DNA from: Chrysomallon squamiferum
Taxonomy: Eukaryota; Animalia; Mollusca
NCBI GenBank assembly: GCA_012295275.1
Contig: CM022678.1
Location: forward strand, 7,564,001 to 7,628,000
DNA: 64,000 nt
Direction: 5' to 3'
Shown here in pieces: positions 23,484 through 35,614 of the stretch; position 1 is the stretch's first letter, and each line of letters opens with the position of its first letter. The translations under genes were made by a program, and so were the position numbers. Below the pieces are notes generated by a model. It made no database searches. It saw only the letters and a list, made by a program, of their open reading frames with translations, and was not told the DNA's origin.

Positions 23484-25400
23484 GTATCTGTAGAACTTAA
23501 ATTTTAATTTATATGTCTGTAAATATGTATGTGTGTGCATGATACATATGTTTGGGTCTGTACACACACACACACACACACACACATTACAATCCAGAAT
23601 AACACCTTATTTTTAAACTTCTATATGACATTTGTCACATAGGTGAAATATCTATATTAAATCATGACCCTATATATAATGGTCACCTATCTACAACATT
23701 GTGGGTGGTCTTTATACACAGGCAGGTTCAAATCCGTGTGAGTGTGTATGGGAGGGATAGGTAGATTTGTAGATAGGCAGTATGTACATGTGTGCATTGT
23801 AGGATATATATACATATATATGTATATATATACAGTGGTACCTCGATTTACGAATGTCCCAACTTACCAGTTTTACGAGTTATGAGCCATCGACCGGTCG
23901 ATTTTTTCTTTGCGTTGCGATCCAAAATCCGAGTTACGAGCGAGCTTCAGATACGCCGCCGCTCATTGGCGCAACGAACAACACAACATCCGGCCAGCAT
24001 CCCGCGTCTCACTCGTTTACTTCACGTGGTTACCCCGCCGCGAAGCTTCTCTGTTGTGTTGTGTTCGCGTTTTGTGCAGTATTTTGCCAAATTTCTTTTT
24101 TCCTGGCCATGGATCCTAAGAAAGTGAGTACAAAGGACAGTGCTGTGAAGAATAAGCGGATGTCCAATGAATTAAAACTTGAATTCATAGAAATACACGA
24201 GCGAGGTGTGCATTTAGTCGATTTGGCTAGGCAATACGAGCGTAGTACTTCTACGATAAGTACCATGCTGAAGCTGAAGGAGTCGATAAAGGCTGTAACT
24301 CCAGCCATAGGCGTTAAAATAATTTGTCTCATCTCCAAGATAAACACACTTTACAAAACCAATTCATTTCTTTACATTCTCTTTTACTTTGTATTTACAC
24401 AATATTTGTCATTTATAAATCTTTTTTTTTTTTTTTAATTTAAAATCACATTACAAAAAAACAAAACAAAAAAACAACAACAAAAAAATGGCGTGGTTTT
24501 TGGAGCCTTGAACGGATTGATGGTACTTCAATTAATTTAAGTTAGGAAAGTTGATTTGATACACGAGCAAACTGAGATACGAGATCGGTCACGGAACCAC
24601 TGTATATACATATATATTCCCTATCAAAATATTTACATTATATCATTAAAATATTTCCCCCGAAAAACAAATAGCCGAGAAATATAGTAACAAGTATTTT
24701 TTTATTCTGTTATTAATTCATTTCAGAAACAAAATAATTTTCATTTCAGACGGACCTGACAGCGGTATGAGAATTGGGAGCAGAGAAAACACAGATCAAG
24801 TTTATTACTGGCCAGACCGAAATGTGAAAGAAGAGGATTATTTCCACGAGGAGTCTTTATACCAAGAGAACGAAGCGGGTTTCATCTCGTGTCTGGCGCA
24901 CTGTCGCCCACGTTGTGGCTACACGTGGACGTTCAACGGGTCAGAGCTGGAGACGTGGGGCTTTGTCAGCGATAACTACGTCTTCAAAAGAAAAGTCACC
25001 AGATACGACAGCGGCGAGTACTCGTGTATTGCAACCAACCCGACCTCTCTGAAGTCGCGTTCTGTGAATTTTAATATTGTTGTTAATTGTGAGTAATTCC
25101 ATGAGTTCGTGAAAAAGGAGACATCTATCAATATAGATATATATATATATATATGTTTGTATATAAACACACAAAATTTCATGCATATTATAAATACGTT
25201 CGTATGTTCATACAAAACCTATACAAATTCTTATCTTGCATACATGATGAAATTAATATATAAAAGATCGATAGACAGACTGACAAACAGATACAATGAT
25301 TGATGATAACCATAACCAAAAATATCAATACTAATATTAACAGTAAGAACAACGACGACGTTAACAATAATTACCATAATAATAATAATAATAATAATAA

Positions 25401-25437
<37 letters not shown>

Positions 25438-26164
25438 TATAGTAGTAATAATAATAACAACAATAATAATAATAATAGTAGTAATAATAATAATAACTAA
25501 CAGTATGACAACAATAAGAATAGTAATAATAATAACAACAATATAATAATAAGAAGAATAAATATAATAACAACAACAACAACAACAAGAACAAAACAAC
25601 AAAAAACAACAGAAACAACAACAATATTAAAGAACTATAACAACTACAAAACAACAACAACAACAACACAAATAACAACTACAAAACAACAAATATAACA
25701 ACAACAACAACAACAGAAACTACAACAGTAATAATAACAACAACCTCTGTTGCAGATGGTCCGTCGAACTCGACAAGAATATCGAAGTCGTCGAGTGCGC
25801 ACGCGAGAGACACTCAGCAGCACATTTTCACCTGCTCCGCTCAATGTGTTCCGTCTTGTTCCTATACGTGGAAATTTGGTCACGATGTCCTGGTGTCCAG
25901 CAGCTCGGATGGCCAGCTTTCTGTGAGTGAAAACAGTGGACACAAGACTGGACATTACACTTGTGTAGCTGTGAACGAAAAGACGGGCGAAACTGGAGCC
26001 GTTTCTGCGTTCGTTGATCTTGATGGTGAGTAACGTGTTATTTAATAGTTAGTGACTCTCATTTAATATGATTTTTTTCTGTGCAGAGATTTATTTTTAA
26101 ATGATTAATAGGATATACTTATTTACGTCCCTTCCTCACTATCTATATAGCTATATAATCTATC

Positions 26165-26246
<82 letters not shown>

Positions 26247-26787
26247 ATACACACACACACACACATAAATAACTATACCTACTTACGTACCCTCTTACCT
26301 ATCAGTATATCTATTTATCTATTGATCTATCTATCTAAACAGTGTCCATGTATTTATTTAAGTGTGCAGTACTTCTCTGAGACTCTTACTGTCTCTAACC
26401 TCGGTAATATCATATCTCTTATCCACGCATTTATTAGCACAGATAAATACTTCTTTATGTTTTTTGTTATTATTATCATCATACATTTCATGTACTCACT
26501 ATAATTATCGTATGCAGAGAATAATCATAATAGTTGTTCGCATTATATAACGACAGTTATCAGCTTTATTTTTGTTTGTGTTTATTTTCTATGATCAGCT
26601 GAAGGTGAACAGTCGAGTGGAGTGTATGCTGGAGTAGCGACAGGAGTTGCTCTTCTTGTTGTTCTTGTTCTTGTTGTCATCATGTTAGTTATAAAGAATA
26701 GACGAGGTAAAACGGTTTGCCTTTATATGTGTGTGTGTTTGTGTTTGTGTGTGTGTGTGTGTGTTTGTGTGTATGTTTGTGTGTGTT

Positions 26788-26839
<52 letters not shown>

Positions 26840-26925
26840 GTGTAGTTTTTTCGTTCTTGATATCATGTCAGTTATAAAAATTAACGAGATAAAACGGTTT
26901 CAAATGTAGAATTTTACATATTTCA

Positions 26926-27023
<98 letters not shown>

Positions 27024-27508
27024 GAAACAAGGACTTCTTTCATTTTTACAAATTTAATAATATCAGTGAACCAAACACATTGTACATTGTATAAAAAAGA
27101 CAATAAAGATAGGCTGACAGAGAGCTAATAAAACACAACCCACACAAATATAACAGAAACAGAATAACCACACTCTATGTCTCCTTGTATAGCAAATTAG
27201 ACAGAAAGACAGACAGACAGACAGACAGACAACCAGATAGATAGACAAAGAGACAGACATACAGATAAGGAGTTAGATAGATCGACAAACTGACTGATAG
27301 ACAGACAGATATACGGGGAGAGACAAATATACTGAGATAAAGACAAATAAACAGACATACAGACCTAAAACATTTACGTATGTATGTATACATAAAATGG
27401 ATTTCTTTTTTTTTCACTGCAGCTGAAAAATACAGAGCTGTGAATACTAACATGATCCTGGACACATACAACAAAACAGATCCATCAAAAGAAGACAATC
27501 AGCTGTAG
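14440..27508 (+). CDS. Type-I membrane protein SP-CUB-CUB-Ig-Ig-Ig-TM (about 618-628 aa, 12 coding exons)
   Basis: Exons 14440-14491, 15509-15593, 17104-17228, 17765(or 17795)-17935, 18427-18511, 19224-19345, 19925-20071, 22988-23284, 24750-25088, 25756-26025, 26599-26706 and 27423-27508 join in one open frame (1887 nt with the longer exon 4). CUB motifs CG..C.W.I..YD/EG..LGTWCG..F.L.Y occur twice, followed by three C-W-Y.C Ig domains. Confidence 0.88.
15509..15593 (+). CDS. CUB-Ig gene exon: CUB1 part a (GC donor)
   Basis: ttacag|[29 protein letters not shown]|gcaggt; 85 nt, same length and phase as the CUB2a exon. Confidence 0.78.
16200..16780. repeat. Degenerate minisatellite, unit about 33-34 bp
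   Basis: Recurrent ATCTACTGTCAYAGTTTTTAATGTTTACTCTTTC-like units. Confidence 0.8.
17104..17228 (+). CDS. CUB-Ig gene exon: CUB1 part b
   Basis: ttccag|[41 protein letters not shown]|gtcagt. Confidence 0.88.
17765..17935 (+). CDS. CUB-Ig gene exon: CUB1 part c
   Basis: ..[41 protein letters not shown]|gtacgt; acceptor ambiguous (17765 or 17795, both in frame). Confidence 0.85.
18427..18511 (+). CDS. CUB-Ig gene exon: CUB2 part a
   Basis: ctgcag|[29 protein letters not shown]|gtgagt. Confidence 0.85.
18764..19075. repeat. 51-bp minisatellite, about 5-6 copies
   Basis: Unit CTCTACCAAACCAGTAATTTGTCATACCAGACATCATTCTACATTGTACAA; intronic. Confidence 0.93.
19224..19345 (+). CDS. CUB-Ig gene exon: CUB2 part b
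   Basis: tttcag|[40 protein letters not shown]|gtgggt; CAGCAG (NAGNAG) acceptor. Confidence 0.88.
19925..20071 (+). CDS. CUB-Ig gene exon: CUB2 part c
   Basis: ttaaag|[49 protein letters not shown]|gtgagt. Confidence 0.88.
22988..23284 (+). CDS. CUB-Ig gene exon: Ig domain 1
   Basis: [11 protein letters not shown]...HTW...[16 protein letters not shown]; phase 1-1 exon. Confidence 0.92.
23833..24602 (+). mobile_element. Internally deleted Tigger/pogo DNA transposon
   Basis: TA|CAGTGGTACCTCG...GGAACCACTG|TA ends (right TIR shortened). Encodes only the N-terminal psq/CENP-B-type HTH ([55 protein letters not shown]); no DDD domain. Confidence 0.88.
24750..25088 (+). CDS. CUB-Ig gene exon: Ig domain 2
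   Basis: YGPD...[19 protein letters not shown]...[15 protein letters not shown]; phase 1-1. Confidence 0.92.
25756..26025 (+). CDS. CUB-Ig gene exon: Ig domain 3
   Basis: YGPS...[18 protein letters not shown]...[14 protein letters not shown]; phase 1-1; absent from the ORF track because it has no ATG. Confidence 0.92.
26599..26706 (+). CDS. CUB-Ig gene exon: transmembrane segment
   Basis: [36 protein letters not shown]|gtaaaa. Confidence 0.9.
27423..27508 (+). CDS. CUB-Ig gene last coding exon: cytoplasmic tail
   Basis: ctgcag|[28 protein letters not shown]. Confidence 0.78.
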
Positions 27509-27610
27509 AGGTAAACTGCTTGTTTAGTGAATTACAGGAAAACGAAACATTTCAAACCAGTGAGTTTTTACAAATAACAGAACAAAAGCATACTCTCTCC
27601 CTTTCTGTGT

Positions 27611-27688
<78 letters not shown>

Positions 27689-28307
27689 CTGCGTGTATGT
27701 ATGTGTGTATATATATATAAGCTTCCTATGCACGCATGCACACGCGCACACACACAAGCGTTCAAACACACAAAATATGCGTTTATATATTTCAGGATGT
27801 TCTAAGCATAGACAGACTAAAACACAGAGAGGCAGAGAGAGCAAGAAAAAGATAGAGACAAAGAAAGAAACAGAAGACTGACCGAAAGATATAGGTGTAT
27901 ACTGAGAAAGAGAAGAAAAGAGAGAAAATGGAGATCATGGATAGACAGAGAAAAAGACAGAGCGAGTTTGATTAATAAATATACATTATATTTAAAGACT
28001 TAGATCTAAAGCGACACAAAGACACACAGATACACAAACAATGCAGTTTACAAACAAACACACACACAGACACAGACACAGACATGCACACACGAACATA
28101 TATAAATACATTTATTTTGACATTTTTCTTTCGACTAGATTTATTATTATTAACCTTTTAAACACACAACACACATACATGCACGCACGCACACACGCAT
28201 ATACATAGAGGTATGTATGTATTAAAATTTTACCATGGTGTTTTTGTTGTTCACACACACACACACACACACACAGATATATATATACACACACACACAT
28301 TCACAAA

Positions 28308-28343
<36 letters not shown>

Positions 28344-28856
28344 CCTGAACACATACAGTAATATATATAAATATAGTTTTCCTTAAGTATTCATATATAA
28401 TTTATAGATTTTAGACAGGTTTTAGTTTTGTATCGTTATCAATTAGAGCTTTATATTGTTATCGATGTTGTTATTTTTTTTAAAGGTTAACAACTGTTTT
28501 TAATTATTTATTTTGTACTACTTCTTCTGTTTTTGCAGTTTTTATATCATAGACAATTTATGTGTGATACGTGTTTGAAAAAGGTTTTTATGTGCATAAT
28601 CAGATGCTTAAACACTATATTTTTTTGTCCGTGTTTAAAATGTTTATATTTTTTTAAATCTACAAATAAAAGTATTAAAGTATTTATATTACTGTAACTG
28701 TTTTTGTTGTTATAAATATAATAAATATATATATATATATATATATAAAGAAAAGAAAGAAATATCATAAACACAACTGTGAAATGATCTTACGCAAATA
28801 TGTTTAATATTTCTGGATTGGTCTGCGTGTGAATCCGTGTTAATGTGTGTGTGTGC

Positions 28857-28910
<54 letters not shown>

Positions 28911-29163
28911 CCGAAAGTAGCCGACGGTACAAAGCGCCCGACATCCCGTTATTAAGACGTAGTTAAGTTACATTACGTCACAGCATTATTGACGTCACAT
29001 AATCAGACAACGTGTAATGTCGGATTGTTATAAATGAGAAACAAATTCACATTCAAACTATTAGCCTGAAATAATTGTAAATTGTGAGTGTTACGTTATT
29101 TAGTAGATATTTATTAATTTCGTACAAATAGAATTACGTTTTGTTATATCTATATCTATATAT

Positions 29164-29198
<35 letters not shown>

Positions 29199-29473
29199 CT
29201 CTTAATATGTTTTTAATGACCGTTGTATCTGTTACATTATTACTGTGCTGTTATATGCTTGACTGATTTGGGAATGGCTCTAATATGTTGCTGTTGACTG
29301 CAGTTCATAACTTAATGAAGTGTTTAGAATTGTATTCGCCATGTTTATTGTTATTCTTGAAATAGGTAATGCAGCTTTTGTCGACTGCCTGTGCGAATCC
29401 AAACGCGCACATACCTTTATTACTTTTTCTAAAAATCGATTTTATACCTGTGTGTGTGTGTTTGTTTGGTGTA

Positions 29474-29510
<37 letters not shown>

Positions 29511-29676
29511 AGTGCACTTCTTTTTATCGCAGATACAATCAATATATGTGTTTTCACGATTAAAATGTATCTAAGCCTGTAATCAAACAATCAAATATTC
29601 AACACATTGTTTCATCCAAATATATTTGTTTACTGTACATTTTGTTATCCGATTTCATCATTAGTAAGATTTTCTT

Positions 29677-29715
<39 letters not shown>

Positions 29716-29903
29716 CCAGGATTATTGTAATTATACTCGATTCCCTGATGTTATTGAAGACTAAAATAAAATAAATTGTTCTATAGGGAAGGCATATATT
29801 TATTAAAAGAATTAAAACAAGGTGACTCATTCATATTTTATTGAGGCACATTACTGAGCATAGAAAGAAAACTAAAAGAATTAAAATAATAATAATAATA
29901 ATG

Positions 29904-29976
<73 letters not shown>

Positions 29977-30082
29977 ATGGTTTTTGTTAGTTAAGTAGTT
30001 TAATGCAGTCCACATGTAATTTGTGTATTAATGGGTTCTTTAACATAGTTATACAGATTTATATCGTTACAATCATTTATGA

Positions 30083-30209
<127 letters not shown>

Positions 30210-30422
30210 GTCTGTCTGTCTGTCTGTCTCCCTCCGTCAAAAACACGCATTGTTTGTTAATCTAAAAATTAATTAGGCTTTCAACAGCCAATTCATACAT
30301 CCATACAATTAATATTCGCTTTTATTACTTTTCCTTTCAATCCTCTAACACACACGCAATACAGTCATTTATAAGAAATGGGGTTTTTTTGTTTGTTTTT
30401 TCTATCATTTATATTTTCCTGT

Positions 30423-31490
30423 TTACGTTTTCCAGGACCATTTTTGATTGTTGCTTCCATTACAGTCTCGAAGTTGAAGAGCGGCTGTTCCGTTCACCCC
30501 CTCCACACATTTATTTTTTGTGTTGAAATAAATAGTTTTATCCTGAAAAGAGTAACAGAATTGATATAATTAAAATAGTTGATCAGAACAGTTACATGAT
30601 ACAAGATTTACATACTGGATTATATCTACTTATTTGTAATTATAAAGATGTGTTTCATGATAAAAATGTATTAACCACAAACAGTGTAATGCTTGGATCA
30701 AAATTTAGGTAAATAAATCAATCAAAAAATAAAAAATAAATATTAGTTAAAAATATTAATCCGTTGAAGGTAAAATTTTGTATTTGTTTTTTTGTTTTTG
30801 TTGGGTTTTTTTAGACCAAAACAAACATGTATACAAAGTTTTATTGAAACTGAAATCAATTTGATTAAACTTGTTATGGAAATAGATATGGAATAACCGA
30901 ATAAAATAAAAATAAAAAAACAAGAAAAATACAACAGAGAAATAAAGAAGGATATAACTATGTTTAAAAATAAATTGGCTAAAAAGTATTAAATAAATAA
31001 ATAATAAAATAAATAAATGAGTAAATAAATAAATAAATAAATAATAAATAAATAAATAAATAAGTAAATGAGTAAATAAATAAATACTAAATAAATGAGT
31101 AAATAAATAAATAAATAAATAAAACAAAATCTTTTTAAAATAAGTATATATCTTTATTACTAAAACTGGTGTTGATATTACCGTACTTACTCGGGTATAT
31201 GTGAAGTTCTGATTGTCGCCCATCTGATGACAAGAAAACATCGCAACCGTATTTTCATTTTCACTGCCTGCATCAAAGCATGTCCTCATCTGACGTAGTT
31301 CTGGTACTTTCCCCACGTAATACCAGATCTGGAAATAAAATGCGAAATGACAAAGCCTCACATTATTGATCCACAAACATGCCGATGATGACAGATGTTG
31401 TTATTTATCTGCGGTGATAAACACAAGACTGAGTTAACGTTTAGATTAGTACAGGCAGATGTTTAGTATGCAGCTTTTCAAATCAGACCC

Positions 31491-31587
<97 letters not shown>

Positions 31588-32171
31588 GATAGATGGATGG
31601 ATAGATAGATATGTGTGTGTAGTGTGTGTGTGTGTGTTGGATAGGTGGGTATGTGTGGATAGATAGAAAGATATATGGACAGATAGATGGATGGATAGAT
31701 AGATAGATGGCTGGCTGGATAGATATATATAGATAGATAGATAGATAGATAGATAGTTGGATAGATAGATAGATAGATAGTTGGATAGATAGTTAGATAG
31801 ATAGATAGATAGATAGTTGGATAGATAGATATATAGATAGATAGATAGGTAGGTAGGTAGGTAGGTAGAGAGATTAGTGTGAGAAAATGTTTAGAAGTAT
31901 ATTTTTATTTTAACTTAGCTACTTGTATAATTATATTCTGAGTCTGTATTGGTGTATTTCTGTTCATATGTCTGTCTCTGTATACTTTCTATCTTCTGTC
32001 TGTCTACACATCGATCTTCGTATGTATGTCCGTTTTTCTTTTTGTATGTCATCTCTCTAACTCTGTGTTTGTCTCTGTCTTTCTATCTGCCTACCTGTCT
32101 TCCTTTCTATCTACCTCCCTACCTCTCTACCTTTCTTTCTATCTATCTAAAGTATCTATCTGTCTGTCTGT

Positions 32172-32210
<39 letters not shown>

Positions 32211-32229
32211 TTATTATTTTTTATTATTA

Positions 32230-32269
<40 letters not shown>

Positions 32270-32741
32270 TTACCATTATTATCATTATCATTATCTTTAT
32301 CACAAAAGGCAGATAACTCTAATCGATGTAATTTTAACTTTGCTCAGTCAGTACATCTCATAAGGGAGATAACTCTGATCTATGTTTGTGAACACATATC
32401 ACTAAAGGGAGATAACTGTAATCGATATAATTCTTACTACTCTTCCTTGAGGTGATACGTCACGGCTTATGTTCTTCCTGTTGTTGTAGTTATTATTATC
32501 ATCATCATCATCATTATTATCATCATCATCATTATCATCATCATCATCATCATTATTATTACTATTATTATTAGAATTAATCACTTTGGAATGACATCAG
32601 CTGATTAGATGACACATAAAAACTGTCAAACTGTACCTGGTTGGTGATATTGTCACAATGACGCCATACTATAGGTTTTTCAGAGTCTCTGTGATCTCCC
32701 AGTGAATCAATACACATATCTGCAGCAGTGTCATTATAAAG
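30423..32741 (-). CDS. GALNT: Ricin-B lectin domain exons, 3' end of a second GALNT (GALNT-B)
   Basis: Three phase-0 exons: 32741-32637 (LYNDTAADMCIDSLGDHRDSEKPIVWRHCDNITNQ), 31328-31191 (IWYYVGKVPELRQMRTCFDAGSENENTVAMFSCHQMGDNQNFTYTR) and 30542-30423 (DKTIYFNTKNKCVEGVNGTAALQLRDCNGSNNQKWSWKT*). These give three C.D/E...C...QxW/F subdomains. Confidence 0.85.
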
Positions 32742-32990
32742 CTGAAATTTTCTCAAAAAGAAAAATACAATATAATATTAACATGACAATTCATTCATCA
32801 TACATATGGATATTTTAACGCGTACCTATCAAATCAGAAAATAATTTTAGAAATTAACTTTGATTTAGTTTTATTAACGTCATTAAATTTGATTATTTCA
32901 GTGCGGTAAATAAATTTTATAAAATCACACGCAAAAAGAAAGAGAATCACAGAAAAGATCAATAAACAGTCTGATAATAATAATATAAGA

Positions 32991-33032
<42 letters not shown>

Positions 33033-33829
33033 CCAAAATGATATACGAGTAAGAACATGTTTTTAAAAACAACCAAAGATCACAGTTTAAAAATTATAAG
33101 CTAACATAACTGAAGTTTAGAGCAGGTATATTATTGGGTATCATACAGATTATTCATTTATCTAAAGAAAATAGAGTTTTAGATAGAATGTTCTTATCTT
33201 CAGTCCTGTCTTTGTTAAAGCAAGTATCTAGATTCTGTTTCTATTCGTGGCATTCATAAAAAAGTAATTTTTAAACATTTGACACATCTTGTAAAAACTT
33301 TTACCAAGCATCACACTGCCTGACAGTCTCATGTTATAATAAAAACATACAACCATTAAAATACATAGAAAAACCTACACACACTAAAATACTGTGTTCA
33401 AATCCACTCTCAGTAATAAACATCTCATGAAGGATCTAGGCCCTTTAAAACTCACCTTTCACTACAATCTAATTTTTAAACAACAGTCAGCCAATCTATT
33501 TTAAAACTCACCTTTGAGTTACAATCTAATTTTGCAACTCAGGAATTAGTAATCAAAATAAAATAAAAATTAGTTACACCTTTCATCATCAAAAAACTCA
33601 AAATCATTTTAAGAACAAACTACAAAAAAACCTTACAGACTCAGAAATCAAACTAAAATCCACCAATCTAACTCAGAATCAAATTCAAACCAAAATAAAC
33701 ACAACACCAAACTCAAACACAAAATTCTTTTAGTAACAAACTACATAACAATAACCTTATGAAATTCAGAATCAACTATTCCACCAATCTAAACACAATC
33801 AAATTCAAACACAAAATAAACACAAAACA

Positions 33830-33990
33830 AAACTTTAGCTGTGGAATTTCTGAAACCATGAAACATTACTTATTTCTCTGTCCACATTTTTCCAGTGACC
33901 ACCTAATGCTACATGACATACTCAATGAATTAAAAACTGAATTTACACTTAAAAACATCTTCATAGCAACAGTGAAAAACTGAGAGCCAA
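33830..33990 (+). mobile_element. Non-LTR retrotransposon ORF2 C-terminal relic
   Basis: SCGISETMKHYLFLCPHF..L resembles the C-terminal Cx-CG..ET..H....CP zinc knuckle of LINE ORF2. Confidence 0.6.
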
Positions 33991-35570
33991 ACTTTAATTC
34001 AAACAAATAAATAGACACAAATGTTTGACTAAATAAATTCAAAAACATAAAATAACATAGCACAGACACATAGGTTAAAAAAATAAATAAATAGCATACA
34101 CAGTAACAAACAAAACAAAAAGCAAATACACCAGTACAATTATATAAATTAATTAATTAACAGATTAACTGACTCACCAGCTGACAGATTTCTAACAGAG
34201 AACTTCAGAACATATTTTTAAAATTCCACATTTTCTTGACACAAGGAAGTAAACTGGTTCAGGCTGGAGTGGGCTGTTTGGAATGTGAATTTTTTGTACT
34301 GACAAGTCAAACTGAAGAAGACAATTAGCTTTTTCTTAAAAATAAAAATGAAAACAAAATTTAAAATAACAAACAAAAACATACTGCAATATAAAATCAA
34401 TTAATCTAAAAATTAATACAATATCCTTAAAATTATATCACTTAATATATAAAAATTACACATTATTCAAATGAATTCTTACCCTGTGCAATAGCAGTCT
34501 GTTGATACTCCGCCCAAAGTGAAGATTTAGTCTCACATGCAGAAAGATTTTCAAATTACTCCCTTTGAATCCTGTGACTGACTCAGACAAAATTAGTCAT
34601 AATCTTGAGGAAAATGCTTCAGAAATTGAACTATCCTTTCTCTGTCTTCACATGTAAGGCTTGTGAATTAATTTTCTTCTGCCAGATTTCTTTTCTCTCT
34701 CAGTTACCCCATTCAGTCTGCAGTGCTGTGAGTTTGTTCTGACTAATGCTGTAAACAAACAATAAAAGATATAAGCAGGCACCAGTAACCCCCCAACACA
34801 CACACATTCAAATGTACTCTATAAAAATGAGGGAGAAATTACAAATTAATTGCTGCTTAAATAGGAAAAATACTAATGAAAAAAAACATACAAATTCTCT
34901 CTGCTTTGTTCATTGGAATGCTTTGAAGAACTTCCAGAAGTATCATATCTTTTTCAGCAGCAAAAAAAAAAAAAAAAAAAAATGAATTCTTATAATACTT
35001 ATACAGTGGTAAATTAGTTGAAATAACTGTCCTAATTCAGATGATAACATTTTTTATTTTATAAAAATCATTTTAATGAGTCTTGTTTATCCAGCTAAAA
35101 TATATTACAATTGATTTTAAAAAAACATAAAATTTTCTGATTTCCCAATTTAATTCAATAACTGTCTCTAACATGAATAAATAAGATTACTCTAGATAAA
35201 CTGACTTTTTTATTCTCCTTCTTATGAATATCTATTACTGACATTTTCAACTTGAGACAAATGTCTTTCAAGTTGATGATTATGCACGTTATGTCAATTC
35301 GAAATTTAAAAAAATAATGTGTTTTGTCGCCCCAAAAATATTTTTTGGATCATCTTATAACACTGTTAATAATTTTATAGCAAATATTTATTTCACATAA
35401 AAGTTTGTTCACATTTTGATAAATTGAAAGTATCGGCTTACCTTAATTTGTCAAAATATAAAAAGAAATACGAAAATTCTTTTTTGATTAAAATAGTCCC
35501 AAAAATGTAGTCCTAGTTATACAAATCAACTGGTAAGACATTTTCAAACAAACCTTGACAAAAATGGAAT

Positions 35571-35614
<44 letters not shown>

